From an uncultured Chloroflexia bacterium (GTDB lineage Bacteria > Chloroflexota > Ktedonobacteria > Ktedonobacterales > Ktedonobacteraceae), in the NCBI GenBank assembly GCA_963802635.1, contig CAWDJJ010000003.1, positions 636,553-700,552 of the forward strand: DNA of 64,000 nt, given 5' to 3'. The notes beneath the pieces are model-generated. The model did no database searches and was not told the DNA's origin. It worked only from the letters and a program-made list of their open reading frames with translations. How positions within the stretch are numbered: the stretch's first letter is position 1; each line of letters begins with the position of its first letter. This document shows, in pieces, positions 37,964 to 48,762 of the stretch. A program made the position numbers and the translations under genes.

Positions 37964-38302
37964 TTATTCTGAGGATTTCTTCTGGCGCTTCGCGGCTCCC
38001 CCCAACCTCCCAATACGACTATAGAAGCCCGGGTCCTGACGAGATTTCGTCGTATTGCCACCTTTCTTCCCCATTTCTGAGAAATGGTCCGGGCCATACT
38101 TACTAACATTCGCCTGACCGCCTTTCTGCGCAATGGTGCGGTAATATTCACTACCTCGCTTCTCCTTCAACGTCGTTCCACCTTTTTTACCGATACGACG
38201 ATAGTAATCCTCGCCATATTTATCACGTACCGTACTCCCACCTTTGCGTCCCGCCTCCGCAGTGGACATATGCACGGGTTTCTCTTCATCTTCAGACAAC
38301 AT
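37964..38302 (-). CDS. KGG-repeat general stress protein
   Basis: repeats 'RKGGSTVRDKYG', 'GKKGGTTLKEKRGSEYY', 'AQKGGQANVSKYG', 'GKKGGNTTK'; start set at MLSEDEE; AT-rich 450-bp upstream region. Confidence 0.65.
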   Translation of the reverse strand: MLSEDEEKPVHMSTAEAGRKGGSTVRDKYGEDYYRRIGKKGGTTLKEKRGSEYYRTIAQKGGQANVSKYGPDHFSEMGKKGGNTTKSRQDPGFYSRIGRLGGAAKRQKKSSE

Positions 38303-38710
38303 AACTAACCCCTTTCCCCGATCTAATATCGAACCGTCGGAAGTGCTTACTACATGTTCGTGAAATGTTCTCTCAACACATTTCTGTCCATGTATTTGCA
38401 TAATGTAAAATAGGACATCCTCTAAAGATGCATCTATGATACAATTCAAACTTCTTTTAGATTATACTAGATAATTTCTCTTTTTGTCAATGAATGATTT
38501 GTTAGATCATTGAGTATATTACAAATATATACTAAATTTTAAGAATAACAAAAGAAATCAATATAGCAAAAAGTACGTATAACTGGTACGTCGCCCGTTA
38601 CAGTGGGAGTAATCGTGCAGTACAGGAGATAAAAAAATTGCGAAGATACATTTTTGTTGAGGGGATATTCATTGCGATGTTTGCCCAACATTTTTTTAGC
38701 CGCTACGATT

Positions 38711-38752
38711 GCCTTGCATTCATACCCATAGGCATTCAGATGAGAAGTGTGA
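38711..38752. repeat. MITE-family fragment
   Basis: gccttgcattcatacccataggcattcagatgagaagtgtgag. Confidence 0.5.
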
Positions 38753-38762
38753 GTTTCTCGTA

Positions 38763-40064
38763 TCAACTTTTACCGGGCTGATCAAAGAACAAATCTCCGG
38801 TACGCCTGATGCGTGGGAGATGTGTCCTTTGTGGCGATCTCTGGCGTAGAGCTTCGGGATATTTACGCGCTAAACGTGCCTGCTGCCGATGCTCTTTCAA
38901 CTCCCTGAACTCAGCCGCCAGACGACGATAAAGCAGCTCCCACTGATCCAGGACCTTTACGCGGTCATGTGCAGCGATAATATTGAGACTCTGCGCTCCC
39001 ATGCGAGCACGCAGTTCTTCATCGGACAGCAGTTGATCAAGGTAGTGAGCCAACTCCTCACTATTACCTGGCTGAAACAAGAAACCGTTTTTACCGTGAT
39101 GTATCAGTTCGGGTAACGCGTATGCATTAGCTGCCACTACAGGCAAGCCACAGGCCATAGCCTCCATAGTGGACAGACTCTGCAAATCGGCTTCAGAGGG
39201 AATCGCAAATATAGCCGCTGCACGGCGCAACTGCAACAAATCAACATCACGCACGAAGCCCAGAAAGCTGACGCGATCAGCGATCTGCAAGCGCTCCACC
39301 TGAGCACGCAACTCGGCTTCAGCAGGACCAGAACCCACCAGCACTACGTGCGCCCTGCCCGGTAGCTTGACCATGGCATCCAGCAGCACATCAATGCGCT
39401 TCTCCTCACTTAGTCGGTTGACATGGATGATCAGTGGACGATCTTCGGGGAGCCTAAAACGGCGCAACACCTGTAGATCAGGCTTGCCAGGAGAAAACTT
39501 CGTCAAATCGATACCATTGGAGATAGCAGCCGCCGGAGCGCGCAAACCGTGCTCATAGAGCAAATTCAGGGCTGTGCTCGTCGGTGCCGTCACATATTCG
39601 CAGCGATTACAGAAATGTACCAGATACGAATATGTAATAGTACTGAATGGCTTGCCAATCAGCGGGTCATTCATCAGCGAGCGGCTAATATTAACCGGCA
39701 GATAGTGGTTCGTCGCGATGATTGGTTTACGTAAACCACCAGCTAGGATCTGCGCAATATTGCCCAGTACAATAGGCGAGTGGATATGAATAATATCCGG
39801 GTCACAGCGCTTGATTAAATTACGAACAGGCATAAAGGGCAGAAACGGAATGCGCAGATCTTTATATGTAGGCCATTCAAAAGAAGAATAGCGATAGACA
39901 CGCACTTTGTGTTCCACGCGATGCACGTCACGTACCCCATAGCTTGGTGCTGCAACCCAGACCTGATGTCCTCGCTCTGCGAAGTCAACAGCCAGGCCAC
40001 AGGTTACGGTGGGCACACCACCCACCATCGGCGGATACTGGTCAGTTACGATCATTATGCGCAT
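38763..40064 (-). CDS. GT4-family (GT-B) glycosyltransferase
   Basis: 'MRIMIVTDQYPPMVGGV' N-terminus; C-terminal 'EAMACGLPVVAANAYALPELIHHGKNGFLF'; Arg-rich tail. Confidence 0.75.
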   Translation of the reverse strand: MRIMIVTDQYPPMVGGVPTVTCGLAVDFAERGHQVWVAAPSYGVRDVHRVEHKVRVYRYSSFEWPTYKDLRIPFLPFMPVRNLIKRCDPDIIHIHSPIVLGNIAQILAGGLRKPIIATNHYLPVNISRSLMNDPLIGKPFSTITYSYLVHFCNRCEYVTAPTSTALNLLYEHGLRAPAAAISNGIDLTKFSPGKPDLQVLRRFRLPEDRPLIIHVNRLSEEKRIDVLLDAMVKLPGRAHVVLVGSGPAEAELRAQVERLQIADRVSFLGFVRDVDLLQLRRAAAIFAIPSEADLQSLSTMEAMACGLPVVAANAYALPELIHHGKNGFLFQPGNSEELAHYLDQLLSDEELRARMGAQSLNIIAAHDRVKVLDQWELLYRRLAAEFRELKEHRQQARLARKYPEALRQRSPQRTHLPRIRRTGDLFFDQPGKS

Positions 40065-40166
40065 GTTTATCGCTCACTTCTTGTTGGCTGCCTCTTCCAC
40101 ACGAACATCCCCTCCAAACACAATATTCTTTATGTATTACCGTTTAGTGATCCTAATGTATTAGCG

Positions 40167-40811
40167 CTATGCCTCCGCATTCTCAGCATTACCAGCCACT
40201 GGAGCAGTTCCAGTCTCCGCTGGAACGGTAGCCGTTGCTCCAGGAAGTTCGGTCCTGGGAGCGATCACTTTTACAATTGGCTCCTCCGCGTCGATAGCGA
40301 GAGCGTAATGCGCAGGTAGTTTGATATCGCGTGCATAGATGGTTGCATCAATATCTTCCAGAAGCGCGAGGTCCACTACAATATTCTCGACGATATCTGA
40401 TGCCCGACATTCGACTGGCAATGCGTCAATCAGATGTAACAGCACACCACCTAGATTCTTTACTGCTAAGGAAACACCCACAAAGTTTAGTGGAACCTTG
40501 ACTTCAATACTCTCATCCAAACTGACACGGGAAAAGTCTACGTGCAGTACCTTGCCCGCAATCGGGTCACGCTGCACATGACGGATCAATGCCATCTGAG
40601 CTGGTGCATTGGGCAAATGCAGCGAGAGTACACTTCTTGCTCCATGTGCACGCTGCAAACGCTCGAATGCAAGTGCATCAACCTGCACCGCCAATGATGC
40701 TTCATGGTATCCATAGATGTTCGCTGGAATAATACCGGCTCTACGTAGACGCTTTGTCGCCTTCCCTGCTATTTCACGCGGTGTAACTTCTAACACAGTT
40801 TGTCTTGCCAT
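40167..40811 (-). CDS. rplY: 50S ribosomal protein L25 / general stress protein Ctc
   Basis: 'GKATKRLRRAGIIPANIYG' and beta-barrel domains; start at MARQTVLEV with RBS aggag (track start upstream rejected). Confidence 0.8.
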   Translation of the reverse strand: MARQTVLEVTPREIAGKATKRLRRAGIIPANIYGYHEASLAVQVDALAFERLQRAHGARSVLSLHLPNAPAQMALIRHVQRDPIAGKVLHVDFSRVSLDESIEVKVPLNFVGVSLAVKNLGGVLLHLIDALPVECRASDIVENIVVDLALLEDIDATIYARDIKLPAHYALAIDAEEPIVKVIAPRTELPGATATVPAETGTAPVAGNAENAEA

Positions 40812-40894
40812 CCTACTTTTCTCCTCTTTCTCTAGACAGTGTGCACAATGATCATGGCCTATCCAAGATCTATGTGGAATGCCACGCCTATACA

Positions 40895-42688
40895 TCATTG
40901 CATAGGTACACTGCCCTTACTTCTTCTTGTGCGAAAGAAGGTCTGTAGCGCTTCAAAATTCATGGTGTTGAGGACATCAGTCGCACGCAACCAACCTTTG
41001 CGCGCGACCCCTATACCATAGCGCATATCGTCTATTCCGGCAAGTGTATGAGCATCAGGGTCCACTGGAATCTTGATGCCCTTATTGCGGACCTTATGCA
41101 CCAGCCGCCAGTCCAGATCTAGTCGCGATGGGTGCGCATTAATTTCAATGCAGACACCATGCTGTGCAGCGGCTTCAATGACAGCGTCCATATCCAGCGT
41201 ATAGCCTGCTCTTCCCAACAGGATACGCCCCGTCGGGTGCCCAATAATATCCACAAAAGGGTTGGCAAGCGCATGCAGCATACGCTGTGTTTGCTCTTCA
41301 GATGACAGTGTGAAATTGCTGTGGATTGAAGCCACCACAAAATCCAGCCGAGCCAACACTTCATCGGCGAAATCAAGTGAACCATTGCGCAAAATATCAC
41401 ACTCGGTCCCCTTGAGAATATGGAAGCGACCAGCAAACTCTGCGTTCAACTGATCAATCTCTTCTCCCTGACGCAACAGATCGTCCTGGCTCAGTCCATG
41501 CGCATAAGCCGCTACTTTGCTGTGATCGGTAATACCGAGATAGGAGTAACCACGCGCGATACAAGCCTCCGCCATTTCGCGAATGGTATTATGTCCATCG
41601 CTCCAGGTCGAGTGAGCATGCAAGACACCACGCAAATCGCTCTCCTGTACCAGCACAGGCAGGTTATGCTGGACGGCGGCTTCAATCTCGCCCATATCTT
41701 CGCGCAACTCAGGCTCGACATAATCCATAGCGAGCGCAGCATAGATATCCGCCTCTGTTTTGCAGGGAATGAGTTCTTCCTGCGCACCACTGGTCTTAAA
41801 CAATCCATAATCATTGATCGTCATACCCATACTCAGCGCACGCCGCCGCAGCGGAATATGATGCTCACGCGAGCCGCTAAAATGGTGCAAGATATAAGGA
41901 AACTGACTGTCTCTCACCAGGCGTAGATCCATGGCGATACCGCCACTCAAAATCACACTCGATTTTGTCTCACCCTGACCGGTAATGGCTCTTACCGATG
42001 GCTGGCTGGTGAAAAATTCCATGATTGAGCGGCGCACCTCGTCGCTGGCATCATCCGCGACGCTTGCCACCATATCGATATCTTTTACCGTCTCAAGCCG
42101 CCGTCGCAGGCTCCCCGCGACCTGCAAACGCACAAGCTCCGGCAATGTTGAGAGTGCTGCACGAATACGCTCAGCCTTTTGCTCAGCGACAGGATACAGG
42201 AAACGCTCGGCATGTTGCTGTAGAAATGTAATACCCAGTATAATCTTATCCTGGGTCTTCTTGCCAAATCCCGCTAGATGCGCTACACGATCATTTTTGC
42301 ATGCCTGCTCTAATTCGGCAATACTTGTTACATGCAGTTGATCATAAATAGTATTAATGCGCTTGGGACCCAGCCCCACGATACGCAGCATATCCAGCTT
42401 GACTGCAGGCGTGTTGGCAACCAGTTCATCATAGAAAGCAATATGCTCTGTTTCGACGGCTTCCTCGATACGTTTGATGATCGTCGGACCCAGGCCGGTT
42501 GTCCCTTTTAGCTTCCCTTCTCTCGTCAACTGAACCAGATCTCCATCCAGAGCGTTCACCGTGCGAGCCGCGTTCTCATACGCTCGCACCTCGAAGGCAT
42601 TGCTGCCTTCCTTAAGCGCCAGCAGAGTACCAATACCTTCCAATAACTGGACAACTTGATTTTTATCCATGCTATCAACCTTTAACAC
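40895..42688 (-). CDS. polX: DNA polymerase/3'-5' exonuclease PolX (Pol-beta-like + PHP domain)
   Basis: HhH-rich N-domain, 'GSLRRRLETVKDIDMV' nucleotidyltransferase, PHP 'LHAHSTWSDG...GITDHS'. Confidence 0.85.
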   Translation of the reverse strand: MLKVDSMDKNQVVQLLEGIGTLLALKEGSNAFEVRAYENAARTVNALDGDLVQLTREGKLKGTTGLGPTIIKRIEEAVETEHIAFYDELVANTPAVKLDMLRIVGLGPKRINTIYDQLHVTSIAELEQACKNDRVAHLAGFGKKTQDKIILGITFLQQHAERFLYPVAEQKAERIRAALSTLPELVRLQVAGSLRRRLETVKDIDMVASVADDASDEVRRSIMEFFTSQPSVRAITGQGETKSSVILSGGIAMDLRLVRDSQFPYILHHFSGSREHHIPLRRRALSMGMTINDYGLFKTSGAQEELIPCKTEADIYAALAMDYVEPELREDMGEIEAAVQHNLPVLVQESDLRGVLHAHSTWSDGHNTIREMAEACIARGYSYLGITDHSKVAAYAHGLSQDDLLRQGEEIDQLNAEFAGRFHILKGTECDILRNGSLDFADEVLARLDFVVASIHSNFTLSSEEQTQRMLHALANPFVDIIGHPTGRILLGRAGYTLDMDAVIEAAAQHGVCIEINAHPSRLDLDWRLVHKVRNKGIKIPVDPDAHTLAGIDDMRYGIGVARKGWLRATDVLNTMNFEALQTFFRTRRSKGSVPMQ

Positions 42689-42727
42689 AATATAGATAGG
42701 AAAAACACGAATTATGTCTGTAATATA

Positions 42728-43195
42728 CTAAATTAAACGCAAATCAAAAAATTCAGGCTGATACGCCGTCACTTCAAAAGGGTTACGCCCCTTGAGATCA
42801 CGGTTGAGGTAGCGTTTACAGTCGAAGTGCACCAGCAACCAGCAGTAAATCTCGGTTGTGACAAAAACTGCGTCCCAGGGTTTCTCGTCGCTCATATCCA
42901 GCAACTGATTACACACAAAACAGCGCCCCATACTGGCCTCGATGGCCTTCTCCAACCACGTGAAGACAAACTGGTGCATATCATCCATGACCATCATATC
43001 CAGGGACGCCTCGGGATAGCCGAACACGATGGGATCTGGACACTCACGGAAATCATGGTTGGCTCGACTGAGTGCCACAATGGGAGCCTTTATGGCTATT
43101 TTAATTTCATCATGCTCTGGATCATCTGACGCCAGCGTGGCAGTGCTCAGAACCAGCCCTTCACGCATAAACCAGGACAATAACTCATTGCGCAT
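42728..43195 (-). CDS. hypothetical protein
   Basis: 155-aa ORF upstream of polX on the same strand. Confidence 0.4.
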   Translation of the reverse strand: MRNELLSWFMREGLVLSTATLASDDPEHDEIKIAIKAPIVALSRANHDFRECPDPIVFGYPEASLDMMVMDDMHQFVFTWLEKAIEASMGRCFVCNQLLDMSDEKPWDAVFVTTEIYCWLLVHFDCKRYLNRDLKGRNPFEVTAYQPEFFDLRLI

Positions 43196-43329
43196 ACCCT
43201 ATTTTACAACATCATGATCTGAATGATTGAGATTGCGCTGCTTCGTTTGCAGCGTTGACAGAACGTAATGTATAAAAAAGGAGAGAAGATAATGCTATTT
43301 GTCCTCAATTAACACAAAGGCTTCACACA

Positions 43330-43935
43330 ATGCAAATGCTACAGCAAGATCTCAGGCCCGGTACATGGCGATTGTTCTGTATATGGGCAGGTATTGGACT
43401 GCAATCATTTGGCGGTGGCGCGTCCACTATCTTCCTAATCCAACGCACGTTCATCGAAAAATACCACTGGCTAAGCATGGAAGAATTTCTGCATCTCTGG
43501 AATTTGTGCCTTTTTGCTCCCGGTATCAACCTGATCGCAATTACCATCCTCATCGGGCGCAAGCTGGGTGGCGCATGGGGTATCATCAGTTCATTGGCAG
43601 GTATGTTGCTACCAAGCGCAACGATCACCTGCCTGCTTACTGCGGGCTTTACACATATAGAACACCTGCCAGCAGTACAAGCAGTGCTGAGTGGTGTCAT
43701 CCCGGCGACCGCAGGCATTATGTTCCTGGTTTCGCTACGCTTCATGCAGCCGCAGATCAAAATCGCGCGCCAGGAAGGACCAGTCAGCCTGGCTACCAGT
43801 ATCATTGTCATCCTGGCCTGTACGCTAGCTATCCTGCTGCTCCGGGTGTCAGTGTTCGTCATCTTGCCAACAGTAGCGCTGCTCGGTATTGTCCTCTTCA
43901 CGCGCCCTCTCAGACTGAAACGAGAAGAGAGCTAG
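43330..43935 (+). CDS. chromate transporter, short-chain CHR family (N-type half)
   Basis: 'FLIQRTFIEKYHWLSMEEF', multi-TM; paired with a second half-size CHR gene. Confidence 0.7.
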   Translation: MQMLQQDLRPGTWRLFCIWAGIGLQSFGGGASTIFLIQRTFIEKYHWLSMEEFLHLWNLCLFAPGINLIAITILIGRKLGGAWGIISSLAGMLLPSATITCLLTAGFTHIEHLPAVQAVLSGVIPATAGIMFLVSLRFMQPQIKIARQEGPVSLATSIIVILACTLAILLLRVSVFVILPTVALLGIVLFTRPLRLKREES

Positions 43936-43939
43936 TAGC

Positions 43940-44452
43940 ATGATTGACCCTCTAATCTATTTTCTGCTCTTCCTCAAAGCTACCCTATTCTCATCAGGCG
44001 GTTTTGGCAATTTTGCCAGTCTGCACCAGGACCTGATCGGCAATGGCTGGGCCACAGAAACAGACTTCGGCCAGTCTCTCGCTATTGGACAGATTAGTCC
44101 CGGCCCGAATGGCTTATGGGTTATTTGCCTGGGCTACCTGACATATGGATATTTAGGTGCTTTGCTTGTTTTACTAGCGATTACCGTCCCTCCACTGTTT
44201 GTGCTGGCCATCTCTGCTATCTATGGTAGCATCGAACATCAGCGCTGGATGCCTGGTCTCATGCGTGGTATCTCCCTGGCAGTCGTTGGCATCTCTCTGA
44301 CCGTGGTCTGGACGATCATGAGTCGTTCCATCGCAGATTGGAGAAGCTGGCTGATCGCTGTCGCCGCATGCATCCTGGGATTGAACCGTCACATAAATAT
44401 ACTTGTTCTACTAGCATTATCGGCTATAGCTGGTTATTTGCTTTATCGCTGA
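43940..44452 (+). CDS. chromate transporter, short-chain CHR family (C-type half)
   Basis: 'FSSGGFGNFASLHQDLIGNGW...ISPGPNGLWVI' CHR motifs. Confidence 0.7.
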   Translation: MIDPLIYFLLFLKATLFSSGGFGNFASLHQDLIGNGWATETDFGQSLAIGQISPGPNGLWVICLGYLTYGYLGALLVLLAITVPPLFVLAISAIYGSIEHQRWMPGLMRGISLAVVGISLTVVWTIMSRSIADWRSWLIAVAACILGLNRHINILVLLALSAIAGYLLYR

Positions 44453-44684
44453 TTTTTCTCTCCTGCTCAACCTGCATTATCCCGTATGCAGGTTGAGTAC
44501 TTTTACGCAAAGCAGAAATAGACCCTAGAATTGACTAGTCAAATAGCCTTTATTCTTTCATACTTCTTTATAAGAGCTCTTTTGACATATACATCTATGC
44601 CCGAAGTGACACATATTTCTGTCACTCCTTACGACAACATTCTTAGGAACAAGGAGGTAGTACACAGTTTTTTCTGTCCCTGTT

Positions 44685-44848
44685 GCCTTGCATTCAGATG
44701 AGCCAAAGGCTAACCACCTCCGCTCTGTCAAATGAACCGAAGGTTAGAACGAGTAGAGTTTCCTGATCCTCCTGACCGATTGACTGATCGATCACGCAAC
44801 ATTGTTGTTGGGTGGAACAAGAACACGCTTCTGAATGTCTATGGCTAT
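44685..44848 (-). repeat. MITE-family full copy (reverse orientation)
   Basis: gccttgcattcagatgag...ctgtcaaatgaacc...cttctgaatgtctatggctat. Confidence 0.65.
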
Positions 44849-44877
44849 TACTAACCCGACAGAGAAATCTGTGTCCA

Positions 44878-45618
44878 ATGAGCATGAAGGAAGTTCAAAA
44901 TAAGCGGCATACACTCATACCACGGTCGCGTATTGCCCACGCAACCTTGTTGGTTGTGTGTCTCAGTTGCGTCATCGCATTCTTTATGAGTCCTTTTTCT
45001 CCGATTCACGCAGATTCTTCGGCTCCTGCATGGAATGGAAATTACGTCTCTTATAATGTAGGCGACGTTGTTAGCTATAATGGTAACACGTATGTATGCA
45101 CCACAGCTCATACATCCGAGCCTAACTGGGACCCGGCTGATAGTACTGATTTATGGCAGCCACAAACCAGCGGTGCACCGGTTACAAACCCGACACCGGC
45201 ACCACCGGCACCGGCACCACCGGCGGCACCACCGGCAGCGGCAGCCGCACCGCCTAGCGGGATGACTTCTGTTGCAGTGACCATCTATACAGACATTGGC
45301 TATATGGCAGACGGTAATCAGACTTACCAGGGAGCTTGTTCGGTCTGGACTCCGCAATTTCCATTTGGCACAACGTTCAATCTCTATTACCCTAATGATC
45401 TCAGCCAGGTGGTATTTAGTTGTACCGCCGAAGATACTGGTGTCCATATCTGCCAAAACGATGTTGACGTTGCGCTGCCAGGACAAGTTCAAGAAGCCAT
45501 CCAGTTCGGCGTCCAAACCATGGAACTGCAGACCACAGGATTTAACCAGACTGTGGCTAATGAAGCAGCAGCAAACCATGCGACTAGCCAGGGATGTGAG
45601 GGAGGTTCAACGCATTAA
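44878..45618 (+). CDS. secreted CBM5/12 (chitin-binding-type) plus 3D-domain protein
   Basis: signal peptide; 'AWNGNYVSYNVGDVVSYNGNTYVCTTAHTSEPNWDPADSTDLWQP' CBM5/12 signature; PA-rich linker; C-terminal 3D-like domain 'VAVTIYTD...AEDTGVHICQNDVDVA'. Confidence 0.6.
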   Translation: MSMKEVQNKRHTLIPRSRIAHATLLVVCLSCVIAFFMSPFSPIHADSSAPAWNGNYVSYNVGDVVSYNGNTYVCTTAHTSEPNWDPADSTDLWQPQTSGAPVTNPTPAPPAPAPPAAPPAAAAAPPSGMTSVAVTIYTDIGYMADGNQTYQGACSVWTPQFPFGTTFNLYYPNDLSQVVFSCTAEDTGVHICQNDVDVALPGQVQEAIQFGVQTMELQTTGFNQTVANEAAANHATSQGCEGGSTH

Positions 45619-45645
45619 TACCCTTTGAGGAAACAACCCGGTTGC

Positions 45646-46941
45646 TTACCTACTCGGCAAGACTTGCGTAATAGCATCACAGATATCTTCTGGTGCAATG
45701 CGATTAATCAGAGCAGTGTTGCCCCAGGTCACAGCGGCAACCAGTTGTTGATAGCTAAAAGGGTTAGGCTCTAGCGTCACCCCGTGATGCCAGAGACTCG
45801 ATGACCAGATATGCTGCGCGTAGATATTGCCTGGTAGGTAGATAGTTACGGTGGGTATGCCTAGCGCACCAGCGATATGGCTCCCACCGGTATCATCAGA
45901 GAGCGCCAGCGCAGCATGACTGGTCAAGAGCGCCAGATCTCGCAACGAGGAGGTACTGCGCACCAGGACACGCGTATTGCCATTGACACCGGTAAAATCT
46001 TGTAACCACTCTGCCATGTCCGCTTTTTTGAAACCCTCCGGCAGATCAGCATCGGGACCACAGGCGAGCAAGAAATCGATTTTTTGACCAGGATCGTGAG
46101 CAGCTACGTAGGTACAAAATAGTTGCAAAACCTCGTCCCAGCGCTCATAGCATTTCGCCAATACGACCGATTGGAAGAAGCACATGATCTGCAAAGCTGC
46201 TGGATCAAGCGCAAAATCGGTAGCTAAAAACTGATAACGCACGTTTTCTGCGTCTGTGAGCAAGATACACGGCTGCACCAACGCACCATCTATGCTAGCA
46301 GCAGGCAAAGCAAACAGGTCTTCGATGAAGTCTGCATACCTGCGCACAGGACCCCGTTGAGCATAATCGCGCACAGCCACGCGAAATAGTTGAGTGACGA
46401 GGGTCACTTTGCTCATATCCTCTGTAGAGAGCATATCGCCCTCCTCTATCTGAAGTGTAGGTAGACCGTCGTTTGCACCATGAAAATCCAGCACCAGTAT
46501 ATGCTGATTGATAACCTCACTTACGAGAGTTGCCTGGATACTTGAAGACTGATCTGAGAATGTAATGGTAATCTCAGGCCAATATTTCTCTTGATAGAGT
46601 TGCTCATCAAATAGTGCTGCCAGCCCTGCATCAATAATGATATGTACAAAAGTTCCCACTTTGCCTGCAAAGCTGAGCGCTTGCAGCGTACCCTCTAGTA
46701 GAGCTGTGCTCACTACGCCTTCACCCAATCGGCCAGCTTTGCCTCCCAGATGAACAACAACACAATCTGCCTGCAACAGAGCTTCGTGGACAATATGCGT
46801 TGTGAGCAATTCGTGCTCAGCTCTGTGATTACGGTCGGATGCCCAGGTCTGCAAAAAGGACATGGAGCAGGTTGTACTGGTTGAATGATGTGCTTCCACG
46901 TATGCCTTCCCATTTATTTCGAACGTACCATCACCTGGCAA
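45646..46941 (-). CDS. GT9-family glycosyltransferase (ADP-heptose:LPS heptosyltransferase-like)
   Basis: C-terminal 'LALSDDTGGSHIAGALGIPTVTIY' GT9 motif; start may be the internal MSFLQ at 46863. Confidence 0.65.
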   Translation of the reverse strand: MPGDGTFEINGKAYVEAHHSTSTTCSMSFLQTWASDRNHRAEHELLTTHIVHEALLQADCVVVHLGGKAGRLGEGVVSTALLEGTLQALSFAGKVGTFVHIIIDAGLAALFDEQLYQEKYWPEITITFSDQSSSIQATLVSEVINQHILVLDFHGANDGLPTLQIEEGDMLSTEDMSKVTLVTQLFRVAVRDYAQRGPVRRYADFIEDLFALPAASIDGALVQPCILLTDAENVRYQFLATDFALDPAALQIMCFFQSVVLAKCYERWDEVLQLFCTYVAAHDPGQKIDFLLACGPDADLPEGFKKADMAEWLQDFTGVNGNTRVLVRSTSSLRDLALLTSHAALALSDDTGGSHIAGALGIPTVTIYLPGNIYAQHIWSSSLWHHGVTLEPNPFSYQQLVAAVTWGNTALINRIAPEDICDAITQVLPSR

Positions 46942-47054
46942 ACGTCACAAAAGGTGTTATCACCTGGCAATATAAGCAGACAAAGCAGCAAAGAAAAAGC
47001 AAACCAGAGCGACCAGTTTGATGGCTCCGGTTTGCTTTACCAATGCAACAATGG

Positions 47055-47666
47055 TTATCTGTGCGCACGAGCGTAGCGTTTGGCGACCTCATCCCAGTTC
47101 ACCACATTCCACCAGGCGGCAAGATACTCGGGACGACGGTTCTGATATTTCAGATAATAGGCGTGCTCCCATACATCATTGCCCAGCACCGGGAAGCTCC
47201 CATCGCTGAGCGGGCTATCCTGGTTAGCCGTTGAGACGACTGCCAGTCCACCGCTCCTATCAACAATCAGCCAGGCCCAGCCAGAGCCAAAGCGCTTGAC
47301 ACCAGCATCGTTAAACGCAGTTTTGAAGGCGTCAAACGAACCAAATTTGGCATTGATGGCGTTTGCCAGTTCGCCAGTAGGCTGTTTGCTACCGCCGGGA
47401 GTCATAATTTCCCAGAACATCGTATGGTTAGAATGACCACCACCATTGTTACGTACAGCAGTACGGGCGCTCTCTGGCACCTCGTTGAGGCGGCGAAGCA
47501 CTTCATCCACAGCTAGATTGGCGAAAGGATGTCCCTGTAAAGCGTTATTCAAGTTAGTAACATAGGCTTGATGATGTTTGTCATGATGCAAGTGCATCGT
47601 CTCAGTATCGATGTACGGCTCAAGCGCAGCATAGTCGTAGGGCAACGCAGGAACTTCAAAAGCCAT
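47055..47666 (-). CDS. sodA: Fe/Mn-family superoxide dismutase
   Basis: '[29 protein letters not shown]', 'DVWEHAYY'; RBS gaaggag. Confidence 0.85.
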   Translation of the reverse strand: MAFEVPALPYDYAALEPYIDTETMHLHHDKHHQAYVTNLNNALQGHPFANLAVDEVLRRLNEVPESARTAVRNNGGGHSNHTMFWEIMTPGGSKQPTGELANAINAKFGSFDAFKTAFNDAGVKRFGSGWAWLIVDRSGGLAVVSTANQDSPLSDGSFPVLGNDVWEHAYYLKYQNRRPEYLAAWWNVVNWDEVAKRYARAHR

Positions 47667-47957
47667 TGTAAATACTCCTTCATAACTCATATAGTAGCGA
47701 GTTGCCTCCCTTGCGTCTTGTCTAGCGGAGTAGCAAACTCACTAAGATCGAAACATCTTCAGGTATAGCGTTCTTGAGAGGACACTATCCCCACGATTAG
47801 TTGTATGCGATGAAGCATGACAATGTCAAGCAGAAGCGTAAATCTGTATCAAAAAGGCTGGACAGTTGCTTGTTTTCGCCGCTCCATGTAGTCAGTATAG
47901 CTCAATGGAGCAAGGTATGGCCTGTCCTTTGTGCCAGATTTCTATAGATTATTGATA

Positions 47958-48040
47958 ATACCCATAGGCATTCAGAAACGCCACTCTCGTGGCTAGCACT
48001 GTGCTGCGGCACATTGCTCATCTGAATGCAAGGCAATATA
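47958..48040 (+). repeat. MITE-family copy (~83 bp)
   Basis: atacccataggcattcagaaacgccactctcgtggctagcactgtgctgcggcacattgctcatctgaatgcaaggcaatata. Confidence 0.7.
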
Positions 48041-48090
48041 GCTATCGGATAGCATGAAGATGTATCAAGATAGATTGTACACAACGACAT

Positions 48091-48651
48091 TTACTGATGA
48101 ACGTGCGCGAAGATATTACTTGCGTCGGGAAGCAAGCCAAAATTATTCACGTTGAAGGGCCAGTAGATGGCAATGGCCTTGCCGAGGATGTTGCTACGTG
48201 GTACAAGACCCCACACGCGCGAGTCTGAGCTATTACCTCGATTGTCTCCCATCACGAAATATTGGTTCGGGCCGATAATATGCTTGATAATTGGAGCATA
48301 AGGATTATCTGCATCAGCTTTGTTGACGTATGTTTCGTGCAAGGTAATATCATCGACAATCACCTTCTGACCGACGATGCTGATGATGTCACCAGGAGTA
48401 GCAATAATGCGCTTGACAAAAGTTTCTCGTCGGTTCAGAGGATTTTGAAACACAATCACGTCTCCGCGGGCTGGTGGTTGAAAGAAGTAGGCAGCTTTAT
48501 TGATCATAATGAACTCCTGATCATGGAGTGTCGGTTCCATGCTATGACCCAGGATATGAAAATCCTGGAACGGCACCTGCATGAGCAGGAGCAGTATGAG
48601 TATCAGCGTCATTGATGCTGAAATTCGGCGTAGTGATGGGCGTCGTCGCAT
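48091..48651 (-). CDS. lepB: signal peptidase I
   Basis: 'GHSMEPTL' (SMxP box), 'VKRIIATPGD', 'GDNRGNSSDSR' boxes; start chosen at MRRRPSL before the TM. Confidence 0.75.
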   Translation of the reverse strand: MRRRPSLRRISASMTLILILLLLMQVPFQDFHILGHSMEPTLHDQEFIMINKAAYFFQPPARGDVIVFQNPLNRRETFVKRIIATPGDIISIVGQKVIVDDITLHETYVNKADADNPYAPIIKHIIGPNQYFVMGDNRGNSSDSRVWGLVPRSNILGKAIAIYWPFNVNNFGLLPDASNIFAHVHQ

Positions 48652-48762
48652 AGCACGCACTTCCTGGTTCACGTTCCATTCCTCCCAACAGCTATGGTGA
48701 TTGATCATGTCATCGGGACGAGAGCAGCATCCTGCGGTTTGATCCTGCTCGTCCGCTTGCAG

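Noticed and set aside
43299-43943. 214-aa and 192-aa ORFs (both strands) overlapping the CHR transporter gene
   Set aside because: Alternative-frame artefacts of a GC-rich membrane-protein gene. Arg/Ser/Pro-rich junk translation.
45068-45265. ORF encoding HRHHRHRHHRRHHRQ
   Set aside because: Alternative frame of the Pro/Ala-rich linker (ccggcaccaccggca repeats) of the CBM5/12-3D protein.
47888-47940. tRNA-like 'tatagctcaatggag' D-loop resemblance
   Set aside because: No acceptor or T-arm complementarity, no GTTCGAATC-type T-loop. It is just a simple hairpin.
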